Positions 36,198-47,491 of a stretch of DNA of 64,000 nt are shown piece by piece (the stretch's first letter is position 1; every line of letters starts with the position of its first letter). Under the pieces are notes generated by a model. The model saw only the letters and a list, made by a program, of their open reading frames with translations, was not told where the DNA came from and searched no databases. A program made the position numbers and the translations under genes. Source of the stretch: an uncultured Clostridia bacterium (GTDB lineage Bacteria > Bacillota > Clostridia > Christensenellales > UBA1242); the NCBI GenBank assembly GCA_934749845.1, contig CAKVHQ010000006.1, forward strand, positions 6,194 to 70,193. The letters are read 5' to 3'.

Positions 36198-37070
36198 TTA
36201 TCTGCAATATTTTACATTTATATTTTTCTTGCTAAAAATTAAAAATAATATTATACACAAAATTATAGGAATTGAGAGAGAATTTATTACAATACCTGTT
36301 GATGCAACATTTTGATAGTCTATAGAATATATAGTTGTTCCATAAGGAAGCATCTCATCATTGGAATAATTGTTTCCACCTGTTTTTTTAAATTTTGCTG
36401 CATTTAAACCTGTTTTACTAAAAGTTTGACTACCATTTTCGGGTAATATAATCATTTTTAAATTATCACAGCCATAAAAGTTAAGACTTCCTAATCCTCG
36501 CAAATCTAATTTCTCTAATGTATTGCAATTAGAAATATCACAAACAGGCTTAGTATCAGCCCTAAAACTATAACTATCGCTGTTAAATTTAAAACCAGAA
36601 AAATCAATTTGAGTTAACAGATTACAATTGTAAATTCTCACTGTAACCCCAACTGAAATCTTTTTGCCAATCGCAAAAGATAAATTCCACAAATCAAGAC
36701 CAGTTATGTTAGGCATATCTTCCAATTCAATAATGCTTGTTTTAGAACTGTTAGGAAAGCCATCGATTGTTTTTCCAAAAACCAGATCACCAGATAAGTT
36801 TTTATCAACAAGACTATATCTCCAACTTATTAAACCACCACTTTTATTTTCAAATTCTATTTCACTCCATTGTTTAATTAACTCTGTTGTTCCACTCTTA
36901 TACAATCCAGGGGTTGCACGCCTATACTCAATTTGTTCATTTGTTAGTGTTGTGCTTGCTGTAATTTTTGTTTTCTTTAAATTAGGAAATATAACTATTG
37001 CTATGGCTAACGTTAAAACAGAGATAACTAAAGCAACTAGTTTTGTTAACGAAAATTTTGTTTTTACCAT
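36198..37070 (-). CDS. membrane-anchored leucine-rich-repeat (BspA/LRR_5-like) protein
   Basis: N- and C-terminal TM helices. Central repeats resemble NCNLLTQIDFSGF, CNTLEKLDLRGLG and CDNLKMIILPEN. Confidence 0.4.
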   Translation of the reverse strand: MVKTKFSLTKLVALVISVLTLAIAIVIFPNLKKTKITASTTLTNEQIEYRRATPGLYKSGTTELIKQWSEIEFENKSGGLISWRYSLVDKNLSGDLVFGKTIDGFPNSSKTSIIELEDMPNITGLDLWNLSFAIGKKISVGVTVRIYNCNLLTQIDFSGFKFNSDSYSFRADTKPVCDISNCNTLEKLDLRGLGSLNFYGCDNLKMIILPENGSQTFSKTGLNAAKFKKTGGNNYSNDEMLPYGTTIYSIDYQNVASTGIVINSLSIPIILCIILFLIFSKKNINVKYCR

Positions 37071-37102
37071 TTTGTTTTTTTCTCCTTTTTTATTTTTTTA
37101 AC

Positions 37103-37135
37103 GAAAAAACAGCCAACCTTTTGGTTGACTGTTTT
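37103..37135. terminator. bidirectional stem-loop
   Basis: AAAAAACAGCCAACC-TTTT-GGTTGACTGTTTT. Confidence 0.5.
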
Positions 37136-37161
37136 AAATGCTTTTCACCTTAACTCACTTA

Positions 37162-37192
37162 CTGGTCAACCATGTCGCTGGTCAACCATGTC
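37162..37192. repeat. tandem direct repeat, 2 x CTGGTCAACCATGTC
   Basis: Exact 15-nt copies at 37162-37176 and 37178-37192 separated by 1 nt, in the intergenic region upstream of the murF-like operon. Confidence 0.8.
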
Positions 37193-37308
37193 CTAACTTT
37201 TTCGTTAGTTTATTCGCTATCTTTTCTCTTTAAGAGTTTCCCATTTTCGCTGTTTTATTGTCAAACGTTTTTGCACTGTTTTGCAAATATATTTTGAATA
37301 TTTTGTTA

Positions 37309-38949
37309 TTAGATGTAGTTATCTGGCAAGTCGTTTTCAAGCAAGACAACATCTCCACGGCGAAGCAAAGTTTCAAACAACTTTGTAGCGTCTGCAAGGG
37401 TTTCAACCATAAATAAGTTTTCCTGTGGAAAATTTTGACTATTTAAACCGCTTTTCAAGGCTTCTGCATTGTTTTTGTTTACGATAACCGCAATATCACA
37501 AACTTTTGCAATTTCTTTGCCAAACTGTTCATTTACTTCGGCTTCCATATCGCCCAGTTCAACAAGCCCCGGTGTTACAATAACCTTTCGCCTATTTTCA
37601 AAATAGGATAATGTTTTTAACGCACATTTTGTGCCTATTATGTTAGCATTAAAACTATCATCAATAATTATTACGCCGTTTTCGGCTTTTTTTAATTCAA
37701 GTCTATGTGAAGCAGGTTCAAGTTTAGAAATTGCCTGTGCTATTTTTTTTGCACTAACTCCCAAGTCGTAACTAACCGCCGAAGCAATAAGTATGTTTTC
37801 GATGTTATGTTCGCCAAGAATTTTTGTTTTACAATCCACAATTTCATCTTTAAGTTTCAACTTAAATTTTAATCCTTCTTCATCGGCTGTAATATCAAAA
37901 GCAGTGTAATCCAAATTTTGATTGTTTATTTGTGTTTCGTATTTATCTTTCAAATTGCATCTTTTAAAAAGGTCGTCAACATCTTGCGAGTTGTTGTTAA
38001 AATATGCTTTTCCATTTTCATCTAAACTTTCAATCAACTCAAATTTAGTGTTTTTTATGTTTTCTTTTGTTTTAAAGGTTGTTAGGTGTTGATTTCCTAT
38101 TGCTGTTAAAATTGCTATGTCTGGTTTAACAAAATCGCAAATTTCCTTAATGTCGCCTTTTCTAATAGCGCCCATTTCAGCAATAAAAATTTCATCAGTG
38201 TTTTTAAGTTCCCCTAAAATAACTTTCGAGAGCCCCATAGGAGTGTTAAACGAACTAGGAGAAGCATAAACCCTGTATTTTGTTGATAAAATTTGATTTA
38301 AAAAGTTCTTTGTGCTTGTTTTTGCGTAACTTCCGGTAATTCCAATAATTTTTAAATCTTTTATGCTTTGAAGTTTCTTTTTTGATTTTTGCTTATAAGA
38401 ATGTTTTATCATATTCTCTAGCGGACGAATTAAAAAGTTTGCAAGTGGAATTAAAATTGGAATAAGTAAAACTGTTCCGGTTATGCTAGCGTATCTAAAA
38501 TAGTAAGTAAAGTCAATCGCAACATACAAAAGTCCAAAACTAAAAATTAACATCAAAAAGAAATATAAAACTATTAGTCGCCACATTCTTTTTGTAAGTT
38601 TTAAAGGTGTTTTTTGTGGCACTTTAAACATATTTAAAATGAATATTAGCATAAATGCAAAGTAGAACACCAAACCAATATAGCCATAAAGTTTGTTAGT
38701 GTCGTAAGCCCCAAACAGAACGTTGCAAACCACCATTGCTAGACACGAGAAAAAGAAAAGTATTAAAATTCTTGAAACCCACTTTGCTTTTGTGTCTTTA
38801 AGCCAATGAGCATACGCCCTATTGGAGTATCCGCCAAGTTGCATAACTTGCAAAAACTTGTATCCAGCAAAACACATGGTAACACTATTTAAAAGCGTTA
38901 GTACTATTGAAATATACAAGTTTGGGTTATGTAAATTAAAAAAATTCAT
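37309..38949 (-). CDS. murF: MurF-like Mur ligase (UDP-MurNAc-tripeptide--D-Ala-D-Ala ligase family) fused to an N-terminal five-TM domain
   Basis: Residues 1 to about 185 form 5 hydrophobic helices. These are followed by a P-loop (IIGITGSYAKTSTKNF), a central domain, and a MurF-type C-domain (IIIDDSFNANIIGTKCAL, TPGLVELGDMEAEVNEQFG). It lies near ddl. Confidence 0.7.
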   Translation of the reverse strand: MNFFNLHNPNLYISIVLTLLNSVTMCFAGYKFLQVMQLGGYSNRAYAHWLKDTKAKWVSRILILFFFSCLAMVVCNVLFGAYDTNKLYGYIGLVFYFAFMLIFILNMFKVPQKTPLKLTKRMWRLIVLYFFLMLIFSFGLLYVAIDFTYYFRYASITGTVLLIPILIPLANFLIRPLENMIKHSYKQKSKKKLQSIKDLKIIGITGSYAKTSTKNFLNQILSTKYRVYASPSSFNTPMGLSKVILGELKNTDEIFIAEMGAIRKGDIKEICDFVKPDIAILTAIGNQHLTTFKTKENIKNTKFELIESLDENGKAYFNNNSQDVDDLFKRCNLKDKYETQINNQNLDYTAFDITADEEGLKFKLKLKDEIVDCKTKILGEHNIENILIASAVSYDLGVSAKKIAQAISKLEPASHRLELKKAENGVIIIDDSFNANIIGTKCALKTLSYFENRRKVIVTPGLVELGDMEAEVNEQFGKEIAKVCDIAVIVNKNNAEALKSGLNSQNFPQENLFMVETLADATKLFETLLRRGDVVLLENDLPDNYI

Positions 38950-38957
38950 ATTAACTC

Positions 38958-39701
38958 CTATTTAAAAAATTCTTTTACGATTATCAAAAAGTCATCATGA
39001 TGTTCAAGGTAACTAAAATGTCCACTGTCTTTAAAAACTATTAGTCCACTGTCTTTGATTTTTTTATTCAATATTTTTGCCATATATAGTGGCGTGGATT
39101 GGTCCTTATCCCCCCAAATAATTAAAGTTGGGCAAGAAATGCCACTTAATAAATTTGTTAAATCTTCATTTACAACTCTAACAAAAACTGGCTTCATTTG
39201 GCTTGGCAACGCCTTAAAATCCGCACTGCCATAATCGTCCAAATTCTTTTTTGTTAAATTATGCTTCTTAAGCCATTTTAAAAATTTATAATGCCTAACC
39301 TTTAAAAATTTTGAAAAACTAAATTTTGGCTTAATTCCAGCACTGTCCACAAGAACTAATTTTTCAATTAAATCTGTTTGACTAGCAAGTTTAATTGCAA
39401 CTCTACCACCAAACGAGTGAGCCACAACCATAATTTTTTTAACATTTATTGTTTCAAGCATTTGCTTAACAATTATAACATAATCATCTAAACCAAAAGT
39501 ATCTTTAGGCAGTTCGCTGTTTCCAAAACCGGGAAAATCCAAGTTTATAACGCTGTATCCGTTTAAAATTAAAAAGTCTTCCAACCCTCTAAAACTATTT
39601 AAACTTCCTCCCCAACCATGCAAAAGCAAAACAAATTTATCTTTGTTTGGATTGGTGTGAAACCTAAAATTTATTTCAATTCCGTTTAATAGTCTTTTCA
39701 T
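38958..39701 (-). CDS. alpha/beta-fold hydrolase
   Basis: HGWGGS oxyanion region, the nucleophile elbow VAHSFGG, and a C-terminal DSGHFSYLE. Confidence 0.7.
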   Translation of the reverse strand: MKRLLNGIEINFRFHTNPNKDKFVLLLHGWGGSLNSFRGLEDFLILNGYSVINLDFPGFGNSELPKDTFGLDDYVIIVKQMLETINVKKIMVVAHSFGGRVAIKLASQTDLIEKLVLVDSAGIKPKFSFSKFLKVRHYKFLKWLKKHNLTKKNLDDYGSADFKALPSQMKPVFVRVVNEDLTNLLSGISCPTLIIWGDKDQSTPLYMAKILNKKIKDSGLIVFKDSGHFSYLEHHDDFLIIVKEFFK

Positions 39702-39731
39702 ACTTACCTATACTTATATGATTTAGATTAC

Positions 39732-40805
39732 TTATTTGTCTTTTAGCATAACAAAGCAGGCATCTCCATTTTTATAATAGTTTTCACGCCTAGATATAGT
39801 TTTAAAACCAAATTTTTCATAGAATTTTATAGCGGTTTTATTGTTAACATCAACTTCCAAAAACACCTTGTTCAGTTCTTGTTTTGATTTATATTCAAAA
39901 ACTTTTTCAAGCAGTTTTGATGCAACTCCGCAATTTCTATAATCCTCAAGAACAGCAATTTTTTGAATATTCAAATAATCGCCCATTTTTTCAAATCCCA
40001 CATAGCCAATGTATTTATCTTCAAATTTAGCAACAAAGTAGAATTTGTAATTTTGCATCAATTCTTCTTTAAAAATGTTTTCGCTCCAAGCAAGTTCGTT
40101 AAAGCACGAATTTTCTATTTCTTTTAATTGGTCATAATCGCTTACAGGTTCAATCGTCATATTTTCAAGAATTTTTTCACTTCTTTGTCTTTCTGCTTGG
40201 CTTAATTTAACATAAACAGGTGCAAGTTCGTTTAAAGCACAAAACTCATTTTTTGCACATTTATTTTGAAAAATTTCGCTTAATGTATCTTTTCTTAACT
40301 CGATAAACTGTGCATCAACATCGGCAAGTTTAGTTTTCTCACACACATTTGCAAAAACTTCGATGGAATGTTGCTTTGCATATTCGTTAATTTGACTAGA
40401 CTTCATCGAGAATATTTTCACTAATTTTGCTTTTTCGTATTCCGCAACATATCTGTCTTCATTTCCACTGTCAAGAACAACCAAAAAATTAAATGCACTA
40501 ACATTTTGAGCAATCAAATCGAAACTGGTTATTGAAACCAACTTTGCTTTTTTGTTAACAACAGCCATGGCTTTTATAACAGCAACGCCAATTCTAACGC
40601 CTGTGAACGAACCCGGTCCAACAACCACGCCAAGGGCGTCAAAATCGTCAACTTCCAAATCATGTTTACAAAGCATGGAATCTACTGCTGGCATTAACTT
40701 TTCGCTGTGCGGACTTGAAATTTGAACTATATCTTCGTTCATTCCATCAACCAAGCACACTTCAGCAATATTTGAACTTGTGTTTAAGCATAATCCTCTT
40801 TTCAT
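39732..40805 (-). CDS. tsaB: fusion protein: TsaB (t6A biosynthesis) N-terminal domain plus RimI-type GNAT acetyltransferase C-terminal domain
   Basis: N-terminal half has VVGPGSFTGVRIGVAVIKAMA. C-terminal half has YRNCGVASKLLEKV and NKTAIKFYEKFGFK. Its start overlaps the tsaE stop by 1 nt. Confidence 0.8.
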   Translation of the reverse strand: MKRGLCLNTSSNIAEVCLVDGMNEDIVQISSPHSEKLMPAVDSMLCKHDLEVDDFDALGVVVGPGSFTGVRIGVAVIKAMAVVNKKAKLVSITSFDLIAQNVSAFNFLVVLDSGNEDRYVAEYEKAKLVKIFSMKSSQINEYAKQHSIEVFANVCEKTKLADVDAQFIELRKDTLSEIFQNKCAKNEFCALNELAPVYVKLSQAERQRSEKILENMTIEPVSDYDQLKEIENSCFNELAWSENIFKEELMQNYKFYFVAKFEDKYIGYVGFEKMGDYLNIQKIAVLEDYRNCGVASKLLEKVFEYKSKQELNKVFLEVDVNNKTAIKFYEKFGFKTISRRENYYKNGDACFVMLKDK

Positions 40806-41233
40806 TAGTGTAAGCCCTCCATACCTAAAATTTCAAACTTTCTAGATGTTTCGCCCAATTTTTCGATGTTAATTGTAATTAAATTTTTTGGCAAAATATG
40901 CTTAATGTTTTGCGCCCACTCTATCATGCAAACTCCGTTAGAGTAGAAATAATCGTTAAGCCCAAGTTCTTCTGCCTCGCTTTCGTCTTCAATTCTGTAC
41001 ATATCAAAATGATAAAGTGGCAATCTTCCACTTGTGTAGATGTTCATCAAAGTAAATGTTGGACTCGTTACATTTTCTTTTACTTTTAATGCCTTGCATA
41101 GTGCTTTTGTGAATGTTGTTTTGCCTGCGCCCAAGTCGCCATTAAGCACAACAACTTCTCCGCCTTTCAATTTCTTTTCAAATTTCTTTGCAAGTTTAAT
41201 TGTATCTTTTTCGCTTTTAGAAATAAACTCCAT
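40805..41233 (-). CDS. tsaE: tRNA t6A biosynthesis ATPase TsaE
   Basis: LNGDLGAGKTTFTKAL, SPTFTL and HFDMYR motifs. Confidence 0.9.
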   Translation of the reverse strand: MEFISKSEKDTIKLAKKFEKKLKGGEVVVLNGDLGAGKTTFTKALCKALKVKENVTSPTFTLMNIYTSGRLPLYHFDMYRIEDESEAEELGLNDYFYSNGVCMIEWAQNIKHILPKNLITINIEKLGETSRKFEILGMEGLH

Positions 41234-41323
41234 ATTTTCCTCTCGGTTAATTATATCACTTTTTTTACTAATTGTATCTTATTTATAGATATATTTAAAA
41301 AAATTATTGTCAATACTTTTAGC

Positions 41324-42145
41324 ATGGAAAAAACTTTACTTTCAAAAATATTAGATAATCTGTTTTTAATATTCGCCGTTTTTGTGGTGTCTTTTTTGTG
41401 GATAAGATACTATGAGCATAACACTTTTTTAATTTTGCTATACTCCAGTTTAATTACATTTTTTTCGTGTGCTGTTTTTTATTTCTTTAACAAAAAAAAG
41501 AATGCAAAAAAAGAACTTTCGCTAAAAGAATGTAAGAATATAAATGCACTAACCACCAGTTTAATGTTTTCATCACAAAATAAGTGTCTGTCAGTTTTTG
41601 AGCAGACTTTGCAAAAGCGAAATATTACTTATCAAAAAAACAAAACTTGCTTAATTTTTGACGAAAACGCTATTAGACCATGCTTTAACAAAACAGAAGT
41701 TGACGACAACGCCTTGCTGGAAATCGTGCTGGAAATTAAAGCAAAAAATCTAAAAATTAAAACCCTTTGCGTATGTGCAAAAAAATTTACAGACAGTGCA
41801 AAAAAACTTGCTTCAAGCATAGACGATTTTAACATATTGCTTTATGACGACAAGCAAACTTACTGCGTGTTTTTTAAACCAGTAAACTTTGAAATTGAAC
41901 AAAAACCAAAAACACAAACAAAAACTCCTTTTAAGCAAAAAATGAAAATGCTAGCCGATGTCGCATTCAACAAAAAAAGGTTTAAAAGTTATTTTTTAAG
42001 TGCCGTTGTCCTGTTTATTGCAAGTTACTTTATGCGCTATAACATCTACTATTTATGCTTTTCAAGTTTACTGATTATATTTGCATTTTTCTCATATTTT
42101 AACCGACCTTTCAACAAGAAAGAAAAAAACTTGTTTGGAGAATAA
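41324..42145 (+). CDS. hypothetical membrane protein (273 aa)
   Basis: Two N-terminal and two C-terminal TM helices around a soluble central domain. No motif. Confidence 0.4.
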   Translation: MEKTLLSKILDNLFLIFAVFVVSFLWIRYYEHNTFLILLYSSLITFFSCAVFYFFNKKKNAKKELSLKECKNINALTTSLMFSSQNKCLSVFEQTLQKRNITYQKNKTCLIFDENAIRPCFNKTEVDDNALLEIVLEIKAKNLKIKTLCVCAKKFTDSAKKLASSIDDFNILLYDDKQTYCVFFKPVNFEIEQKPKTQTKTPFKQKMKMLADVAFNKKRFKSYFLSAVVLFIASYFMRYNIYYLCFSSLLIIFAFFSYFNRPFNKKEKNLFGE

Positions 42146-42172
42146 AAAAGTGACTTGATAGTCACTTTTTAT

Positions 42173-42541
42173 TTATAATGTGTTAATTTGAACATCTTTT
42201 GGAGAAAGCACATAAATGTCGCCTTGAAGCCTTGAAATCATGCCACCCAAAGCATACATTCCGCCTCCCAAGTAGTCAAGCACGCTTTTAATATCGTCAT
42301 TACCTAGTCCCGCCAAATTTATTATGCATGGCTCGCCTTTTTTTATGTAGTCAATAAGCATTTTAACTTCGGTGTTACTTTTTGGAGCATAACAAACCAA
42401 AGAACTGATGCTATATGATTTTTCAGTTTTTTGTTGTTGATTTTGCTCGTTTATTGGATTTACCCTTGTTTGAACCTCATTATCTTGTGGCACTTCTTGT
42501 TTAAAGCCAAGACCATTCATAAGTTTACTAAATATTCCCAT
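42173..42541 (-). CDS. sepF: cell division protein SepF
   Basis: DUF552 core: PKSNTEVKMLIDYIKKGEPCIINLAGL...DYLGGGMYALGGMISRL..DIYVLSP. Confidence 0.8.
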   Translation of the reverse strand: MGIFSKLMNGLGFKQEVPQDNEVQTRVNPINEQNQQQKTEKSYSISSLVCYAPKSNTEVKMLIDYIKKGEPCIINLAGLGNDDIKSVLDYLGGGMYALGGMISRLQGDIYVLSPKDVQINTL

Positions 42542-42601
42542 AATATCCTCGTGGAAATATTATAACATAAACTTAAAATTTTTACAATGGAAGTTTTTAA
42601 A

Positions 42602-43399
42602 TTATTTTCCAATTTCTTGCCTAAAAGACGAATATAACTCTATGCACTTAAAATATGTTGCTTTTATTTCTGCCTTAAAGTTATCTTTACAAGTTTCCAG
42701 TTGGCTTAATGCTTGCGACAAATCGTCCATATACAATTTTAAGTAAACTAAAACAGCGTCGCTTATTTCGTTATTCTTTGTGCTTATCCCATTTTTGCTC
42801 TTACTTACATTTTCTTGAATTACCTCAATTTGATTTAAAGCTTCACTTTTTGATAATGCATTTTGGTCATAATCTATGCTAATAGAATACAGAGCATCAA
42901 AGGAGTTATAAAACACATTTAATGCACTTTTAACTTTCATTTTATCATTATTCTCGTCACTAATTTTCATGCTTATTTTTTCAAGCGAAATTACGCATAA
43001 TTCTGCCTCGATATTTTCATAAGACAAATTCTCAATAACCTTTAATGCACTATCTTTTTTCGGGTATGCGCTAAGCAAAACATGATATGAATTATCACGC
43101 TTTAAAACATACCCCGCCCCACCTTGTTTTTTTATTGTTTCGCTAAACGCAAAAGCGGTGGAATAATCTTCAAAAACTCCAGCACTAACACAATACACTT
43201 GCCTATCATTAACTAATAAGTTATTATCTATTCCAACAAAAGAAGGTATCATTTTAGAAAGCCACAACGCGCCAATAACAACACCAAAAACTATCACAGC
43301 AAAACCTATAAATTTAAAAAAGGGCGGAATACTTTTTTTAGGTTTAACATTCGACTTATACACATAGCCATATCCTGAATTTGTTTGAATTATTGGCAC
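42602..43399 (-). CDS. SPOR-domain membrane protein
   Basis: An N-terminal TM followed by a SPOR-like segment (VYCVSAGVFEDYSTAFAFSETIKKQGGAGYVLKRDNSYHVLLSAYPKKDSA). GTG start. Confidence 0.55.
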   Translation of the reverse strand: MPIIQTNSGYGYVYKSNVKPKKSIPPFFKFIGFAVIVFGVVIGALWLSKMIPSFVGIDNNLLVNDRQVYCVSAGVFEDYSTAFAFSETIKKQGGAGYVLKRDNSYHVLLSAYPKKDSALKVIENLSYENIEAELCVISLEKISMKISDENNDKMKVKSALNVFYNSFDALYSISIDYDQNALSKSEALNQIEVIQENVSKSKNGISTKNNEISDAVLVYLKLYMDDLSQALSQLETCKDNFKAEIKATYFKCIELYSSFRQEIGK

Positions 43400-43584
43400 T
43401 AAATGTTGACCTCCCTGTTTTTAATGAGTAAAATTTTTTTGCAACTCAAAATATTTTATGAATGTTGGTTATTTTGTATGAAAAAATGAAAAGTTAAATT
43501 TAGTTTTCAACAAAAGGAAAAACAAAAATATTTTACTATTGCAAATTTTTTGTCTATAATATAAACATATTAAAGGAGAACAAA

Positions 43585-43872
43585 ATGAAAATAACACCAT
43601 TATTAGACAGAGTTGTTGTTAAAGAAATTGAACAAAAGGAAACCGAAACCGCTAGCGGAATTTTGCTTCCATCAAGCGCACAAGAACGCCCAAGCATTGC
43701 ACAAGTTATTGCAGTTGGCGAAGGCGGAATGGTTGACGGAAACGAAGTTAAAATGCTTTTAAAAGTTGGCGACAAGGTTTTGTACAACAAATTTGCTGGA
43801 AGCGAATTTAAACTAGACGGAGAAACCGTGTTCATCTTAAAACAAGATGACATTTTAGCAAAAGTGGAATAA
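43585..43872 (+). CDS. groES: co-chaperonin GroES
   Basis: ITPLLDRVVVKEIEQKETETASGILLP...VGDKVLYNKFAGSEFKLDGE. Confidence 0.97.
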   Translation: MKITPLLDRVVVKEIEQKETETASGILLPSSAQERPSIAQVIAVGEGGMVDGNEVKMLLKVGDKVLYNKFAGSEFKLDGETVFILKQDDILAKVE

Positions 43873-45501
<1,629 letters not shown>

Positions 45502-45525
45502 AAAAGTGCAATAAATGCACTTTTT

Positions 45526-46035
45526 TTAATGTATATTTTCCAAATCTTCTTCTGGCTCTTTATTGCCCCAAACCAATCTTTGTTGGTCAGTGTATGTTTC
45601 ATGGCTTAAAATTTCATCCACTCTTTGCTTGGACTTTTCCATAGAAGCAATAATAATGTTTGCTATTGAAATTAAGTTTTGATAGTATTCAACAAAATGA
45701 GTATCTCTTGAAGGATTTTTTGAAACTTCAAGCAATTTATACACTGCCTTTTCTTGAAGATAAAAAACTTCAGTTTCTTGATATATATTCATTTCTTGCT
45801 TTGCTTTGGACTGCTTTTCGTATTTTCTAAATTTATCCAAACCTTTAAAAGAATTGAAAAGTTGTTTGTCGGCAAACTTTAATAGTTTTCGCTCAAAATC
45901 GTAAACATTTTTGTACGAACGCATTGTTTTTGATAGTTTTGCTTCAAAATCTTGACGCAAGTCTTTTGCCATCTTTAAAAACTTTTCTCTTTTTTGTTCC
46001 AAACTTTCAAGTTCAAAATATTCATATGGTGACAT
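45526..46035 (-). CDS. hypothetical helical protein (169 aa)
   Basis: Intact ORF with a charged, coiled composition. No motif. Confidence 0.35.
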   Translation of the reverse strand: MSPYEYFELESLEQKREKFLKMAKDLRQDFEAKLSKTMRSYKNVYDFERKLLKFADKQLFNSFKGLDKFRKYEKQSKAKQEMNIYQETEVFYLQEKAVYKLLEVSKNPSRDTHFVEYYQNLISIANIIIASMEKSKQRVDEILSHETYTDQQRLVWGNKEPEEDLENIH

Positions 46036-46158
46036 AATTTTACCTCAAAAACATTCTAACACCAGCAAATTGCATAGTCAATACACAAATAAAATATTTT
46101 TTAAAACTTTTTTTGAAAAAATATTGATATTCGTAGCAATAAATGTTAAGATTTTTAT

Positions 46159-46725
46159 ATGAAAAATCAAACAAAAACATGTTCAAATTATGACATTGGC
46201 GAATTAAAAGATGTATTGCAATTTGCGTGCGAAAAACATGCAGGGCAATTTAGAGATGACGGAAAGCCTTACATTACCCACCCACTTCGAGTGGCAGAAC
46301 TTGTGGCGAAATACAAAAAGTCTAAAAACATAAAACTTTTGATGAGCGCCGCTCTTTTGCACGATACTCTTGAAGACACCTACACTTCTCCTAAAGAACT
46401 TTACGACTTTTTTGGCGAAGATAGTCCTGTTCCAAGTTTGGTTATCGAATTAACCACTGCAAAATATGTTCCAAAACTAATTGGAAAGGCTCAATATTTG
46501 GCACAAAAGATGGAACACATGACTTCGTATGCACTTGTTATTAAACTATGTGATAGGCTGGACAACATTAGCGACTTAAAAGGTTGTTCACTAGAAAAGC
46601 AAAAACGAACGATTAACGACACAATTTACATTATAGATTACTTAAAATCTCATCGAGAATTAACTAACACACATAAAGTAATTATTAACGAAATTGAAAA
46701 AGTAATAAATAGTTATAAATTTTAA
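46159..46725 (+). CDS. HD-domain protein, small (p)ppGpp-hydrolase-like (RelA/SpoT HD_4 type)
   Basis: EKHAGQFRDDGKPYITHPLRVAELV...AALLHDTLEDT. Confidence 0.7.
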   Translation: MKNQTKTCSNYDIGELKDVLQFACEKHAGQFRDDGKPYITHPLRVAELVAKYKKSKNIKLLMSAALLHDTLEDTYTSPKELYDFFGEDSPVPSLVIELTTAKYVPKLIGKAQYLAQKMEHMTSYALVIKLCDRLDNISDLKGCSLEKQKRTINDTIYIIDYLKSHRELTNTHKVIINEIEKVINSYKF

Positions 46726-46795
46726 TGTACTCAATTATAAATCCTAAAATTTAATATGTTCTTACAAACAAAAACTCACCTAACTGGTGAGTTTT

Positions 46796-47491
46796 TTAAA
46801 ACTTTTTATTAAGATTAAAATAATTCCAAGGAATTTCATCTTCTGGCGGATAGCACACAAAGTTTAAGACTTGTTTGGTTGTTGGATGAATGAACACAAG
46901 TTTATATGCCCAAAGAGCCAAATTATAGCCTTTAACTATGTCTCCTTTATATTTAACATCGCCAAAAACAGGATTGCCTATCGTGCTCATTTGTACTCTA
47001 ATTTGATGGCTTCTGCCTGTTAAAAGTTTAACATTAAGTAAAGAAAGTTTGTCGTTATAGTCCAAAGTTTTATAAATTAGTTCGCATTTTTTTGCGCCAC
47101 TTTCTAGCATAGGAACAACTCTAACAACATTGTTTATTTCATCTTTTTTTAAGTAGTGAGTGAGTTTTGCGCTTGCTTCTCGTGGTCTGCCAACAACAAC
47201 GGTTAAGTATTCTTTGCTAAATTCGCCGTTTTTTATTTGTTCACTTAATCTCGACGCTGCCTTGCTTGTTTTTGCAAAAACCATTAGCCCACCAGTTGGT
47301 CTGTCCAATCTGTGAACAAGTCCAACAAAAGCCTCACCCGGTTTATTACTTTTATTTTTTATGTATTCTTTGCACATAGAGAGCATATCTTCATCGTTGG
47401 TACTGTCTTGCTGACTTAAAACATTTTGTGGCTTCACAACAACCAAAAGATGATTATCTTCGTATACTACATTTAATTCATGCTTGTCCAT
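46796..47491 (-). CDS. RluA-family pseudouridine synthase (no S4 domain)
   Basis: VHRLDRPTGGLMVFAKT catalytic Asp motif and GRSHQIRVQM. Confidence 0.85.
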   Translation of the reverse strand: MDKHELNVVYEDNHLLVVVKPQNVLSQQDSTNDEDMLSMCKEYIKNKSNKPGEAFVGLVHRLDRPTGGLMVFAKTSKAASRLSEQIKNGEFSKEYLTVVVGRPREASAKLTHYLKKDEINNVVRVVPMLESGAKKCELIYKTLDYNDKLSLLNVKLLTGRSHQIRVQMSTIGNPVFGDVKYKGDIVKGYNLALWAYKLVFIHPTTKQVLNFVCYPPEDEIPWNYFNLNKKF

